Assembly (NCBI GenBank): GCA_964016885.1
Contig: OZ024743.1
Coordinates: 55,428,001-55,492,000 of the forward strand
Length of the DNA stretch: 64,000 nt
Direction: 5' to 3'
From: Eledone cirrhosa
Taxonomy: Eukaryota
Below are positions 27,729 through 40,303 of the stretch, one piece after another. The notes below the pieces were generated by a model that saw only the letters and a program-made list of their open reading frames with translations, ran no database searches and was not told where the DNA came from. Every line of letters starts with the position of its first letter. Position 1 is the first letter of the stretch. The position numbers and the translations under genes are program-made.

Positions 27729-30102
27729 CCTCTATAGAATGTCGAAGTGGAGTCTCCACTGATTGCTGTGCCCGCTTGCCAGAGGACTGTGACGCCTGAG
27801 CGCATTCAATGTGCCAGGCGCCCATCGTTTTAGGTCTTTTCTTCACCCAGGACTGAAGCTCCGTCAGCGAGACGAGCTGTGGGAAAGCCTGTCTCACAAA
27901 CGGTGCCCACACCGGTTGGGGGTCGGTGAGGAATACCTGGAGATGCCGCAGCCTCATCGTATGTTTGCGCATCATCAGCCACGGCATGCCCAGCCCTCCG
28001 TTGGAAGGGGGCTGACAGCGGACGGATCTCCTCACCAGCGAAGCCTGATTCTTCCACAGAAACTGGAAGAGCATGCGTTCCATCTTGGCGAGGTGTTCAC
28101 GGAGACAAGGCACGACAAACAAGCAGTAGTAGATGACGGATGCTATGAAAGTCTTCGCCACCTCCGCTCGACCTTTCAAGGACAGTTTGCACTTCTGGGT
28201 GAGCGCAAACACCTTGGCCGTGACCTCGTTCCAGTTTTTCTCCACCTGGAGGTCTGGACCGAACCAGACTCCGAGCAATTTCACCGGTCCGTCCGTCCAG
28301 CGTCCAACGACGCTGTCGGACGTCATCTGTGTGCCTCTCCACGTACCGAGTTGCAAACCGACAGACTTGTCCGGCTTTAGTTTTGCTCCCGTCAGCGTTT
28401 CGTATTCTTTCAGTAAGTTGCCGATCACCCCGATTTCCAAGGTGCTCGACACCATTACTGTTAAGTCGTCGGCATAAGCCGACGCCGCTTTGCGCAGTCC
28501 CGGTTCTAGAGGGATGCCTTGCAACAGCTCCAATTTCTGCAGTAGTGGCTCTAGAGTCAATACATACAGAATGGAGGAGAGAGGGCACCCCTGTCGAATC
28601 GAACGTGTGATTGCGAACGGGTCCGATAGGTAGCCGTTCACCTTGACATTCGGTCAGATGCTGGTGTGCATCGCCTCAATCCAGCCTCTGAAAACGGGAC
28701 CGAAACCGGCCGCCTTGAGAACCGCTTCCAAGTATCGAGGGTCGACCCTATCGAATGCCTTAGACTGATCCAAATTGATCAGAGCCCCACCGAAGCCGGG
28801 TTTACTGCCCACCCTCTCTATGATGTATCGCATGAGGTGGAGGTTGTCGTGTATGGACCTGTTCGGGATTGCACACGTTTGCGCTTTCCCTACCAGGTTC
28901 TCGACCACAAGAGCTAACCTCGTCGCTAGCACTTTGGCCAAAATCTTTAACGCTGTGTTGAGCAGAGTTATGGGCCTGAAGTTGTTAATTTCGTCCCCAT
29001 TGTTCTCGTCTATCCTGATCAGCGTTACTACGCCCTTTCCTGCAGAACTTGGAATTCTCCCGCTCTGCTGCCAATTGCAGTAGACGGCCTCGAGGACGCC
29101 AGAGAACAAGTCCGGAATGCCTATGTAAAACTCATAGTGTAGACCATCTAGACCGGGTGACTTGCGTTTCCAGCTGCAGCCAAGAGCGTCCCGTATCTCA
29201 GTGTCCGTGATCGGTCTTTCGCAGAACTCGGCGTCCGTGTTCGAGAGACGCGGCAATCCGTCGAGGTATGAACTAAAGTCCATTGTCCCGTTCGGCTCAC
29301 CGTCGATCTGCTCAAACAGTCGCACAAAGTGCGACTGAAAGGCCGCGCACATTCGCATGGAGTCAAGTGGCACGCGTCCGTTTTGGTCTTTCAAAGACCG
29401 AATCGTGGACTTGTTGCCACTTTTTGCCTCCACAACTCGGGCCCAGCTGACAGCTTTCGCTACCTCGTTTCCTAGAGAACGTGTTTTGCTTCTGACCACG
29501 CAGCCTTCGTGTTTCGCGTCGAAGAACTGGTCTAGTGCCGTTCTCGACGCTAAATCTCTAGCCACGTTGCCACTTCTAAGTGCCTCCTCTACCTTGGCTA
29601 CTAGTTCTCTTTCTATTTTGTTTTCTCTAAGGCTAACTCCATGCTAAACTCTATCGATTCTACTCTAATTGCTTTCTTGAGAGAGTACCACCATCTATTG
29701 TTGACGATGGCTCCCGTTAACTGTTGCTTGACTAGTCTACTTATCCGTTCACTGTAAGCTTTACGTGCCGGCAACGACACGTTCAGCTTCCAGTATCCGG
29801 GCCCCTGTCTATGTATTCTATCACGGTTGACTAAGCAGATGACTAATTTCTGATCTGAGTAGGCAACCATGTGCATTCGTAGACATCTTAACATTTCCTT
29901 GTCCCTTTCGCTAATGAAGAACCTATCTAATTACGATCTAGATGTCCCGCTGCGGTTTGCCCACGTCCACTGCGGTGCAGTCGGGAAATCCAGTCGATCA
30001 CACATCCATACCGTGTGACCTAAGGTCGTTTAAAAGTTGGCCCTGTTTCCAGGGCATCTCTAGGCCACGCACATTCACGCTTCCAACTCGTAAACTAGCC
30101 AT
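27729..30102 (-). pseudogene. LINE ORF2 (APE endonuclease + RT), frameshifted
   Basis: MASLRVGSVNVRGL at 30102, LDRFFIS, GPGYWKLNVSL, SPGLDGL, FRPITLLN, LDQSKAFDRVD, RQGCPLS, AYADD. The APE domain is mostly deleted. Confidence 0.9.
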
Positions 30103-30437
30103 GTTGGTGAAGAAGAGTTGGAGAAAAAGGACGAAAGGTGCACTTACTTTTTCGTTTCCTGGAGATCGGGTTGTTCAATCTCCATTTGGGTGCAGGATGG
30201 GGTGTTGGGTGGGGTGGGAAAACATTTTAACAGGACGCGGTTGGTGGGTTTCTGGGTGGGGTTGCCCACCTCCTGTGAAAATTTATTTTTCAGGTCATTA
30301 TAGGTTTCCATAGAAACCCTTATAAGTTTAAGGTGTGGAGACGATTCTGCCTTGACGAAAGTTTTGCCCTCCGTCTCCACCTTGGGATTTTGGGAGATGA
30401 CCTCCATCAAACTCTTGTTGTTTGTGTTGATGTATGC

Positions 30438-31625
30438 CTATTGTTGTTTGTGTTTTTGTTGTGTTGTTTTAGTTTGTTGTTCGTCCGGGAGTTTTCTTTT
30501 TATGGTGAGTGCTTGTGTTTGGGGTGATGTTGGTGTTGGTTTTGCTGGTAGGGGATGCTTGACTTTGGTGTTGTTTGTGTTGTTGTTTGTGTCTGTGGTT
30601 GTGTGTTGGTGTTGGTGATTGGAGTTTTGTGGGTTTTGTGGTTTCTCTTTTTTTTGTTTTTTAGATTTCCGCGGCTCTCCCTCCTCTTCACTTACAAAAG
30701 GAGAAGCAGCTTCACCCGTCGATGAATAATCATTGTCAGGAGTGTGGGGTAGGGGTATGTGGTGTGGTGGTGGTGTTTCGGTGTGTGTGTTTGTGGTAGT
30801 GTTTGATGGAGTGGGATGCGGTGGGACTGTGTTCTTCAGGGATGTTGTCACTTTTTTTTCTGTTGTTGTTGGTTGAGTGGCTGTTTGTTTTGGTGCGTTT
30901 GCTTGTTTCGGGAGTTGTTGTTGTGGTGGTGGTGGTTTTGGTGTTGGTGTTGGTGTTGGCAACAGTGCTTTCTTTTGTATTGTTTTGGTTGATCGTGTTT
31001 GTAAAGGGCAGGAGGCCTTTAGGTGTGTTGTGCTACCACAGCGAAAGCAATGAAATTTACGCACCTCCACCGAAATGTTTATTCTGTTGTTGTCGTCGAT
31101 GACGACTATTTCGGGTATTTTGGAGATTCTCTCCGGCATCATTTGTATCAGAATCTCCAAATCAGTACCCGCCCACCTTTGTCTAATAGACTTTCGTATT
31201 GAAAAAATGTCATCAGTCTCTGGCTCCACGAAGTCAGCTAAGATCCACCAGATGCTAATGTTTGGTGGTATATTTTTTATTTTTATTTTTTGTGTCCTTT
31301 TTCCCATGTACGTAGGGAAAAAGGTGAATGCTTTTAACACCTTTGGTGTCACAGAATGTTTTTGGGCGAGTGCCTCGCATTTAAATAGTACGGAAATACT
31401 TCCGTACTGTTTTCCTCGTTGGAGAAAGTCAATATTTGCTAGAGTCTCCTTCAAGGTGGCTTCTCTGTCTGCTTGACTCACAAATATTGGCTTTCTCGTT
31501 GTGTTGGAGACAGTCCTGAAGGTCACTGTCCTTCGAACTGTCTCTTCTTTTATTTCGAGGGGTGAGTTAATTCTAAACCCACCCTTGTCTTCGAAAGTTA
31601 CAAATTTTCTCCCTTGCTGGAGCAT
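30438..31625 (-). CDS. LINE ORF1p (gag-like CCHC zinc knuckle)
   Basis: CFRCGSTTHLKASC followed by a low-complexity P/T/K tail. The true start is probably 31959, with a frameshift at the poly-T near 31700. Confidence 0.8.
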   Translation of the reverse strand: MLQQGRKFVTFEDKGGFRINSPLEIKEETVRRTVTFRTVSNTTRKPIFVSQADREATLKETLANIDFLQRGKQYGSISVLFKCEALAQKHSVTPKVLKAFTFFPTYMGKRTQKIKIKNIPPNISIWWILADFVEPETDDIFSIRKSIRQRWAGTDLEILIQMMPERISKIPEIVVIDDNNRINISVEVRKFHCFRCGSTTHLKASCPLQTRSTKTIQKKALLPTPTPTPKPPPPQQQLPKQANAPKQTATQPTTTEKKVTTSLKNTVPPHPTPSNTTTNTHTETPPPHHIPLPHTPDNDYSSTGEAASPFVSEEEGEPRKSKKQKKEKPQNPQNSNHQHQHTTTDTNNNTNNTKVKHPLPAKPTPTSPQTQALTIKRKLPDEQQTKTTQQKHKQQ

Positions 31626-32338
31626 ATCTATTGCATTGGAGATGTCAAGATTAATAAAATCTTGTTTTTTTGTTCACTGTTTAAGTGAAATACATTTTTT
31701 TTTTGTGCGTGGTGTTGCTGTTGTTGTTGTTGTTGTTGTTGTCAGCCTCTGTGTTAGAAATCGTAATTTCTTGACGAGGTGAAATTGTATCTGTAGATGT
31801 ATCTATGGAGTTGTTGTTGTTGGCTGTTTCATGTGTATGTATGTTAATAGGTTTAAATCCTGTGTTTTCCTGGGTGTTATTTTTCTCCGCTTCGACTGTA
31901 GAAATTTTAAAATCTTCAAGGGGTAATATTATTTTCTCTTTGTTGACAGTCGTATCCATGAAGCAGATATAACGTTAATATCTGTGTCTCTACCTCTCTT
32001 CTCCCTGTTAACGTTCTCTAGCGTTCTTTCCGAGTTATTCATGTTTTATACTGGGCAAAAATTTTTTTTTTTTTAAAACAACTTTTAAATTAAATTTTCG
32101 CCACTAAAGGGCCGAAAAATGGGATTACCACCCAGCTGACAATTCAGCTTGGGGGTTAATCTACAGAATGATATGTTTTTTCAAACAATTAGTTCGTTTT
32201 TTTTGTAGAGAAATTAACAAAAAAGCTTACCATCGATGTTCCACGCGTCAGGCAGATAAAGAGATAGATAGATAAATAGATAGCGAGAGAGAGTGAAAGA
32301 TAGAGATAGAGATAGTGAGAGAGAGAGAGAGAGAGAGT

Positions 32339-32398
<60 letters not shown>

Positions 32399-32636
32399 CT
32401 AGGACTGACAGATAGACAAATAAACAGATAGACCAAGTTACAGAGAAAAGCAGATAAATATATCGATAGATAGATAAAGAGATGGAAAGAGAGAGAGAGA
32501 GTGTGAGAGAGTGAGAGTGTGAGAGAGTGATAGAGCGAGAGAGGGAAATATACACACACACACACACACACACAAAAATCCAAAGAGGGCTCGATAAGGA
32601 TAAATATATATCAAATATATAAGAAGCGTAGAGCAA

Positions 32637-32777
32637 ATATTTATTAAAATAACAGATTAAAGTTTAAGCAAAGAATCGCTGCTTTCACCCTTAACAGGAT
32701 CTTCTGAAACAGTGTCAGAAGATCCCGTTAAGGGTGAAAGCAGCGATTCTTTGCTTAAACTTTAATCTGTTATTTTA

Positions 32778-32785
<8 letters not shown>
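32637..32785. repeat. Inverted repeat, 71-bp arms, 7-bp spacer
   Basis: 32637-32707 vs 32715-32785, one mismatch; abuts (TA)n. Confidence 0.95.
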
Positions 32786-32871
<86 letters not shown>

Positions 32872-33081
32872 ATATGTAGAGAGAGAGGGAGATAGAGAGT
32901 GAAATTTTCGTACATGTGAGTTACAAAGAGATATAAAGAGACAAATACTAATAATATCTGTATAAAGAGATGTATGTATGTATATATGTATATATGTATG
33001 TGTGTGTGTGTATGTATGTATGTGTGTATGTATATATATATGTGTGTGTGTGTGCGTGCCTATCTATGTATGTATGTGTGT

Positions 33082-33138
<57 letters not shown>

Positions 33139-33154
33139 CATGTATGTATATATG

Positions 33155-34350
33155 TCCGGGAGAGGTGACCCCTTAGCCTTTGTTAAGGCAGAATTCTAGG
33201 AGAAGGAAACTCTGATATAACACCTGCAACCCTGATGGTATCCAATGATGTTGACTTGTTCTTCTTTTTGGTAAATATAATCTTGGTTAAGAGAGTGGGA
33301 CTGGCTTTGTGCAGTGCCTTTGCTCACTATAAAAGCTTCACGGCACAGGCATTGCTATATATCTGGAGATCTCTCTGCACTTGTCGTCACATGGTGCCAT
33401 GGGCCCAGCACTGTGTCAATAATTGTCACAAGTGTAGTGTTTGTACCAGAGTTTTCAAGTCGCTGGCTGGACTAAAAAGTCACACCCGTTCAGCGCATCG
33501 GTAGAGGTTCTCCTAATGGATATAAAGTAGTGGCCGTACTCGAAAACGAGTTGGCAGCCACCATGTATATATGTATGTATGTGTGTATGTATGTATGTAT
33601 GTATGTATATATGTATGTATGTATGTATGTGTGTATGTCAGGTCACCAGTTGGTGCTACTGGTAACATGTATCCCAGTACAACCTGTCTCATGGTCGGGT
33701 CGTTGGCGACTAAACTGGCTCCCCCACCAATGTTTCTTGGTGAGAAGGGTGACTTTGGACATCCTGCAGGACTAAAAACAAAACCTGTCAAAGGGCAAAG
33801 GAGCTCTTAAGAGTCAATGGCCATCCAAAATCACCGGGAGAGATGACCCCTTAGCCTTTGTCACGGCAGAATTCTAGGAGAAGGAAAACTCTGATATTAC
33901 AACTGCAACCCTGATGGTATCCAATGATGTTGACTTGTTCTTTTTGGTAAATATCATCTTGGTTAAGAGAGTGGGACTGGCTTTGTGCAGTGTCTTTGCT
34001 CACTATAAAAGCTTCACGGCACAGCATTGCTTTATATCTGGAGATCTCTGCACTTGTCGTCACATGGTACCATGGACCCAGCACTGTGTGTCAATAATTG
34101 TCACAAGTGTAGTGTTTGTACCAGAGTTTTCAAGTCGCTGGCTGGACTAAAAAGTCACATTCGTTCAGCGCATCGGTAAGGGTTCTCCTACATGGATATA
34201 AAGTAGTGGCCGTACTCGAAAACGAGTTGGCTGCCACCATGTATGTATGTATGCATGTGTGTATGTATGTGTGTATGTATGTGTGTATGTATGTATGCAT
34301 GTGTGTATGTATGCATGTATGTATGTGTGTATGTATGCATGTATATGGGT
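33155..34350 (+). mobile_element. Two tandem non-autonomous RTE-derived elements (5' UTR fused to 3' end, (GTAT)n tails)
   Basis: 33155-33564 is repeated at 33834-34240. Both carry the RTE C-terminal zinc-finger remnant CSVCTRVFKSLAGLKSH. The second copy extends 5' to ~33637. Confidence 0.75.
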
Positions 34351-34584
34351 ATATATGTATGTTCTTCTCATTTTATAATTTCACAAAGTGTTACCAATAG
34401 AGAGAGAGTCGGTTTCTACCATAGACACAAGACTCTCTCATTGGAATTTACTCAACATCAACTAGGTAGATATGTATATATGCATGCATGTGTAGATATA
34501 GATGTTATTGTATGTGTGGATGTGGATGTTTTGAGTTGTATGTGTGCATGTGTATATGCTTTGCATCTGTACATGTGTATAGGC

Positions 34585-34975
34585 AGTTATTAGATGCAAA
34601 GTTTTTGGCATGTTTTACATATTTTTACTGTTCCATTAATAGATTGTACTTGTAATTTCCTAACTAGTTGTGTTCTTTCTGTTCCTGGGAAGCCTAGCTT
34701 CTCAAGATTTGTATTGAGGCAGTTACTAACATGCCCCAATAATCACAGGCATAAATCTGAAGGCATAATCAGGGTGGACTATCTGTAGATTTCTCATCAG
34801 TTCTGCATAAATATTCTCCTTTTCGCTAATCTTTGATATTATATTGTCATCTGCTGGGCAGCTAACTTCCACTACTGTGCATGCTTTCTTTTCCCTGTCC
34901 CATATCATACTATCTGGTCTGTTATGTCTGCATTTTATTGGAGTCTTTACTGGAACATTCCACCAGTACTCTTTC
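34585..34975 (-). mobile_element. REL-endonuclease LINE 3' fragment (R2/R4-like)
   Basis: WWNVPVKT...HNRPD...WDRE...VVEVSCP...EKENIY...PVIIGA. Confidence 0.8.
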
Positions 34976-35265
34976 AAAAATATAAACAATTGAAAATTTC
35001 CCCCAACGAAAGCTTTCAGAAAGAAATTAATTCATGTATAAATACATACACAGATACATACATACATAGGTATATCTCGTTGGAGGTATCTTAGGTGATT
35101 TAATGATAGGGACCCCAGTCCTATTTCAATTCTACAGCTGAGTAAACTGGAGCAACGTGAAATAAAGTGTCTTCCTCAAGGAAACAACACATCACCCGGT
35201 CCGAGAATTGAACTTACAACCTTTTGATTGCAAGTCCAATGCTCTAACCACTAAGCCATGCGCCT

Positions 35266-36260
35266 GTAGCACCAGACTCAGCCATTACATTTCTGGTCAT
35301 ACTGGTGCACTCCACAGTTGTGGCCATATTGGAGTACCAGACTCAGCCACAACAGTTCTGGGCATTGCTAGAATATCTATTTAAAAATATCTCAATTCTG
35401 GCCATACTGAAGCACCAGCATCAGATAGCACAGTTCTGGACATTGCTAGAGAATGTATCTCATCACAGTTCTGACCATACTGGAGCAGCCCACAGTTCTG
35501 GCCATATTGGAGTACCAGACTCAGCCACAACAGTTCTGGACATTGTCAGAGTATCTATTTTTTTTTTTAAATCACAGTTCTGACCATACTGGAGCACCTA
35601 TCCCAGCCCCTATAGTTCGGGCCATACTGGAGCACCTGTCCCAGCCACTATAGTTCTGGCCATACTGGAGCATCAGTCCCAACCACCTCAGTTCTGGCCA
35701 TACTGGAGCAACTGTCCTAGCCTCTCTAGTTCTGGCCATACTGGAACACCTATCCCAGCCACCTCAGTTTTGACCATACTGGAGCACCTACCCCAGCCAC
35801 TACAGTTCTGGCCATACTGGAGCAACAATGTCACTCACCAAAGTTCTGGTCATACTGGAGCACCTATCCCAACTACCACGGTTCAGGCCATACTGGATCA
35901 CCTGCCTCAGTCACCACAGTTCTGGTCATACCGGAGCACCGGTCTCAGTCACCACAGTTCTGGCCATGCTGGAACACCCGCGTCAGATTATATGGTTCTG
36001 GTCATACTGGAGCATCAATTTCAACAAGAAGATATCTGGCCATGCTAGAGCACCAGTGTCAGATACCACAGTTCTGGCCATGCTGAAGGACCAGCGTCAA
36101 CTCGTACATTTCTGCCTATACTAGAGTGACCAGTACCACCCACCACAGTTCTGGCCAAGTTGGAATACCAGGTCTTGCCATGCTGGAGCATCTGTCTCAG
36201 TCGCCATAGTTCTGGATTTTTTTAGAGTATCTATCACAACGATTACAGTTCTGGCCATGA
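35266..36260. repeat. Diverged ~39-bp minisatellite
   Basis: Repeating cagttctggccatactggagcacctatcccagccac, roughly 25 units. Confidence 0.9.
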
Positions 36261-36263
36261 TGG

Positions 36264-36386
<123 letters not shown>

Positions 36387-36886
36387 AGACGGGGTGGGAG
36401 ATAGAGGGAAGAGTTAGAGATTGACAGAGTGGGAAGAGTGAGACAGAAGAAGAATATAGACTCAGTGTGAGGAGAGTATGAGGGAAAGAGGAGAACATGA
36501 GAAAGAGCGAAAATATAGACAGAGAGGAAGGAGAGAATTAGAGAGAGGGGAGAAAGAGGGGAGAATTATAGTATAGACGTTGTGTAAAAAGAGGGGATGG
36601 TGAGAGGGACATTCGGATTTGGAGAGTGAGAGAGAGGGAGTAATATAGACGGAGTGAGAGAGATAGGGGAGGAGTTAGTGCGATAGTGAGATAATATAAA
36701 GGGAGTGGAAGTGGAAGGAAAATGTGAGAAGAGTGAGAGAGTGAGACACTATAGTGGGAATGAGAGAGAGAGAGAGAAAGAGAGGGGGGTTATATATTAA
36801 AGGTGAGGTGAGGAGAGAGAGAAGATTGATGGTGAATATAGACTGGATGACGAGAGAGTGAAATATATATATACAGAGAGTGAGTG

Positions 36887-37021
<135 letters not shown>

Positions 37022-37539
37022 TAGGGGAGAGATAAATAGATAGATATACACACATAGAATGAGTGAGGAGAGTGAGAGGGAATAAAAACAAGGTGGGGGT
37101 AAGATATATATATATATAACTTAGACGGAGAGAGAGAAAGGGGGACAAAGAGAGAGACAGGGGTAGAATATAAACGAACTTAGCACGACGTCCTCATCAA
37201 TCTTATCCATCTTGTATCGTCTGCTGACATCCAGTTGAAGAGAACTTCCATCAATCTTGGTTATATGTTGAAAGCAGCACCGTCCTCTAAGTCTGGTAAA
37301 GAAGAAAAAACATACAATTGACTAGGCTGCATGTCAGTACTGGATTACACGTTTTTATCCGTCAATTGTAATCCAATACATTTGCAGCCGACCAAACAGC
37401 CTGACACTTTCTGCCCTCCCTTTCAATCTTTCATTCAACGCTCCTAACCGTCGACCCACTATATGAACTAACTCTACAAACACGCACATACATACATACA
37501 CATGCATACATGCATGAATGCATGGGCCCTGAACTCCCC

Positions 37540-39010
37540 ATAGCATAATAGGGGCGTCATATTGACATGCCACGTGTCTTAGGTTTATAAAACCACCAGA
37601 TCTGAACACGGCCGATTTCTTCTAGAGAGAAAGTGGAAGAAAGAAAGCAATAGAAATGAACCAATGCTAGTACTAGACTGGCATTTTATTTATTGACCTC
37701 GAAAAGATGAAAGACAAAGTTGGCCTCAGCGGGTTTTGATCTCAGACCACAGAATGTGGTAAAGAATACCGCAAAACATTATATCCAACGTTCTAGAGAT
37801 TCTTTCAATTCGCCGCCTATTACATCATCATTCATATTTTTTTAAATAATATGTCACAGAGTATTTAATAGAAACGATTTTGATTCTCTTATGTTAATTA
37901 AAAAAGTTGTGAAGCATATCAAAAATGGCGAATCTTATATCGGACACTTAACCTGTCATTTGTCAACTGAACACTAGCTTATTAATTGCAGTTAGACTAT
38001 GGGCGATATTTCAATTTTAATGTCACGTCATGTTGCATTACTTGAGCTGTGGGCGATGGAGTCAGTCGATAAATATTTATCTGACTGCAAATTGTGTCAA
38101 TAACACCATATGTTAGTTATCAAAACTAATTGTCATTGGTAAATTAAACGGCAAGGTGAACAGTTGCAAACGTGGATTGGCACCATCAAGTTTGATCTTG
38201 AACTAACATCTAGTCCTCGTATCTGATGTCTGCCGCTGGAATTGTGATTGGCTGACAATATTTATATTGGAAGTCTGTAATTGCTGTACAAAGGCAGCGT
38301 CTGTTCACGATGCACTGATTGAAGGCGGCTCAACACATCCTCAGTGAACGCCGACACAAATACAAGTAAGATAAATTAAAGTACAGGTCAAAATGTTTTT
38401 GCTGTAATACAAGACAGTTTATTATACGAAATATAAACTAATATCTTTTCTTCTCTTAGACCAATGGCGCCTAATAGAGTCATTATGGGCGTTGTTGTGG
38501 AAAACGGCATAGATGGATATAAATATACATATATATAGAGGGGGGGGGGTAAAAAGAGATACAGAGGGAGAAACAATATCGGTGATGGATTGGTATTTTT
38601 TTTTATCGACCTCGAAAGAATGTAAAGCAAAGTAGACTTTGGCAGGATTTGAACTCACTAAGCTAGAACGAAAACCGTAAAGCATTCTATCCGACGTAGT
38701 AAGAACTCCGTCAATATGCAAACTTATAAACTATTATACATAATATAAAGAACTATGGTATTGTCCCGTAACTTTTGATGATGTCGTAAGGGTGTCGGAA
38801 TGGCATACGGTGTTTCTAGGGTATTTAAAGCCCGGTGAAGCGAATCCCTCGCCAGGTCTGAACACAGAAGATTTCTTCTGTAGAAGGATAGAAAGTAGAG
38901 AGGAGAACTGAGAAAGAGGTATAGAGGAAGAATCGACGCCAGCACTTGACTGGCACTTTTTTATATCGACCTCGAAAGGATGAACGACAAAGGTGATTTG
39001 GCCGGAGTTC
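37540..39010 (-). mobile_element. Cluster of diverged SINEs with a longer tail
   Basis: Core atcgacctcgaaaggatgaa at ~37690, 38605 and 38965. The tail motif ggtctgaacac..gattt is shared with 41728-42005. Confidence 0.65.
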
Positions 39011-39433
39011 GTTTTTTTAAATGAAGGTGGGGGGGGGGAGTACCGGCTAGATACAGAAGTGGAGGAGGTCGTGAGGTAAACCTTTAGGAGGAGTGGATGT
39101 AGCGAAAGAAGGATTTCTGGTTAGACATGGTGGGGGTGTCGGTTTAGGTAGAGGCAAGGAGAGAGAAACAAGAGAGAGAGAGAGCAAAGTGGGCGGTGAG
39201 TCACAGGAGATTGGTGTTGTGAATGCAGTTCAAAAGATCCAAGAACTAGAGTCCGTAGGTAATCCGAGGGAAATCCAAGAGTAGTCAAAGGATAATCCAA
39301 GAATAACCCGAGGTTCTGAGTGGGCATCCGCGTAATCGTGGAGGTATATGTCAAGAAAACAAGAAACCAACAAACCAGAGGATGCATTAACATAAAGTTT
39401 TATTAGTTTCACACTAAAAAAAAAAAGTTAAAC

Positions 39434-39466
39434 AGTCAACGTATCGGGCATTTGCCCTTCATCAGG
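39434..39466 (-). ncRNA. Minimal hammerhead (GAUA variant) in a PLE-type terminal fragment
   Basis: CTGATGA a GGGC aaat GCCC GATA CGTT, then AATAAA. Confidence 0.6.
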
Positions 39467-39589
39467 AATAACAACGTTCAGAGTGTAGGAAAGGTGTGAC
39501 ATACTATTATTTGCTTAATGATATCTAGAATATTTTTGTGGAAACAGAGCATACTCATTTAGATTTAGCAGTGGTATACAAAACTTCTC

Positions 39590-40060
39590 TTCTCTTCTTC
39601 ACCCTCTTATTCCTGAGAGGGTCGTGGGGTCAGAGTCCTGAAACACGCCTTCCAGCGGATCCTCTCAGAAGCAACCACCTCCAACTGATCCAACTAGATC
39701 CCCAAGCGAGACTAACCAAGCTCATGGATGTTATCCAACTACCATACTCGGGGTTTACCCTTGGGTTTCCTGCCGGTTGGTTTTGCACGTAAAATCTATC
39801 CAGCGATTCTTTCTTGAGACATTCTAACTACATGCCCATAGTACCGGAGCTGTGATCTCTCAATTCCGAGAAGTAACGGCTCTTCCTGGTGTGGCTCTCT
39901 GATTTCCGAGCTAAGCACTCGAGTGAGTAACTATATTCCAAAGACCCTTCGGAGGAACCCATTTCGGCCCTTGTTTTTGCGATCGTATTCTTTCGTTCAT
40001 TACTCAGGATTCATGATCATAGGTAAGGATTAGCACGAATACCGAATTGAACAAAGCGTT
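39590..40060 (-). mobile_element. RTE LINE 3' fragment
   Basis: SVFVLILTYDHES*VMNERIRS; homologous to 47352-47790. Confidence 0.75.
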
Positions 40061-40120
40061 TGGGATAACCAACAAACTTAATATCAACAAATTAATAAAT
40101 TAATAAAGATATTAGTAATA

Positions 40121-40303
40121 TTTGTTTCTACTTTAGGCACAAGGCCAGCAATTACCCAGTGCATTACTGGTACTTTATTTTATCGACCCCGTAAGGATGA
40201 AAGGCAAAGTCAACCTCGGCGGGATTTGAACTCAGATCGTAAAGGGACGTAACTATACTGGAAAGCATGGCGTCCGACCCTCTACCGATACTGCCAATCC
40301 ACC
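40121..40303 (-). mobile_element. tRNA-derived SINE, near-consensus
   Basis: Reverse complement of the 21660 family. Confidence 0.9.

Larger units (their letters stand above)
27040..32000 (-). mobile_element. Tx1/L1-clade LINE, disrupted and 3'-truncated
   Basis: ORF1 with zinc knuckle plus fragmented ORF2 (APE and RT). Confidence 0.92.

Noticed and set aside
35266-36260. CRISPR-like or coding repeat
   Set aside because: Contiguous degenerate ~39-bp units without distinct spacers; no sustained ORF.
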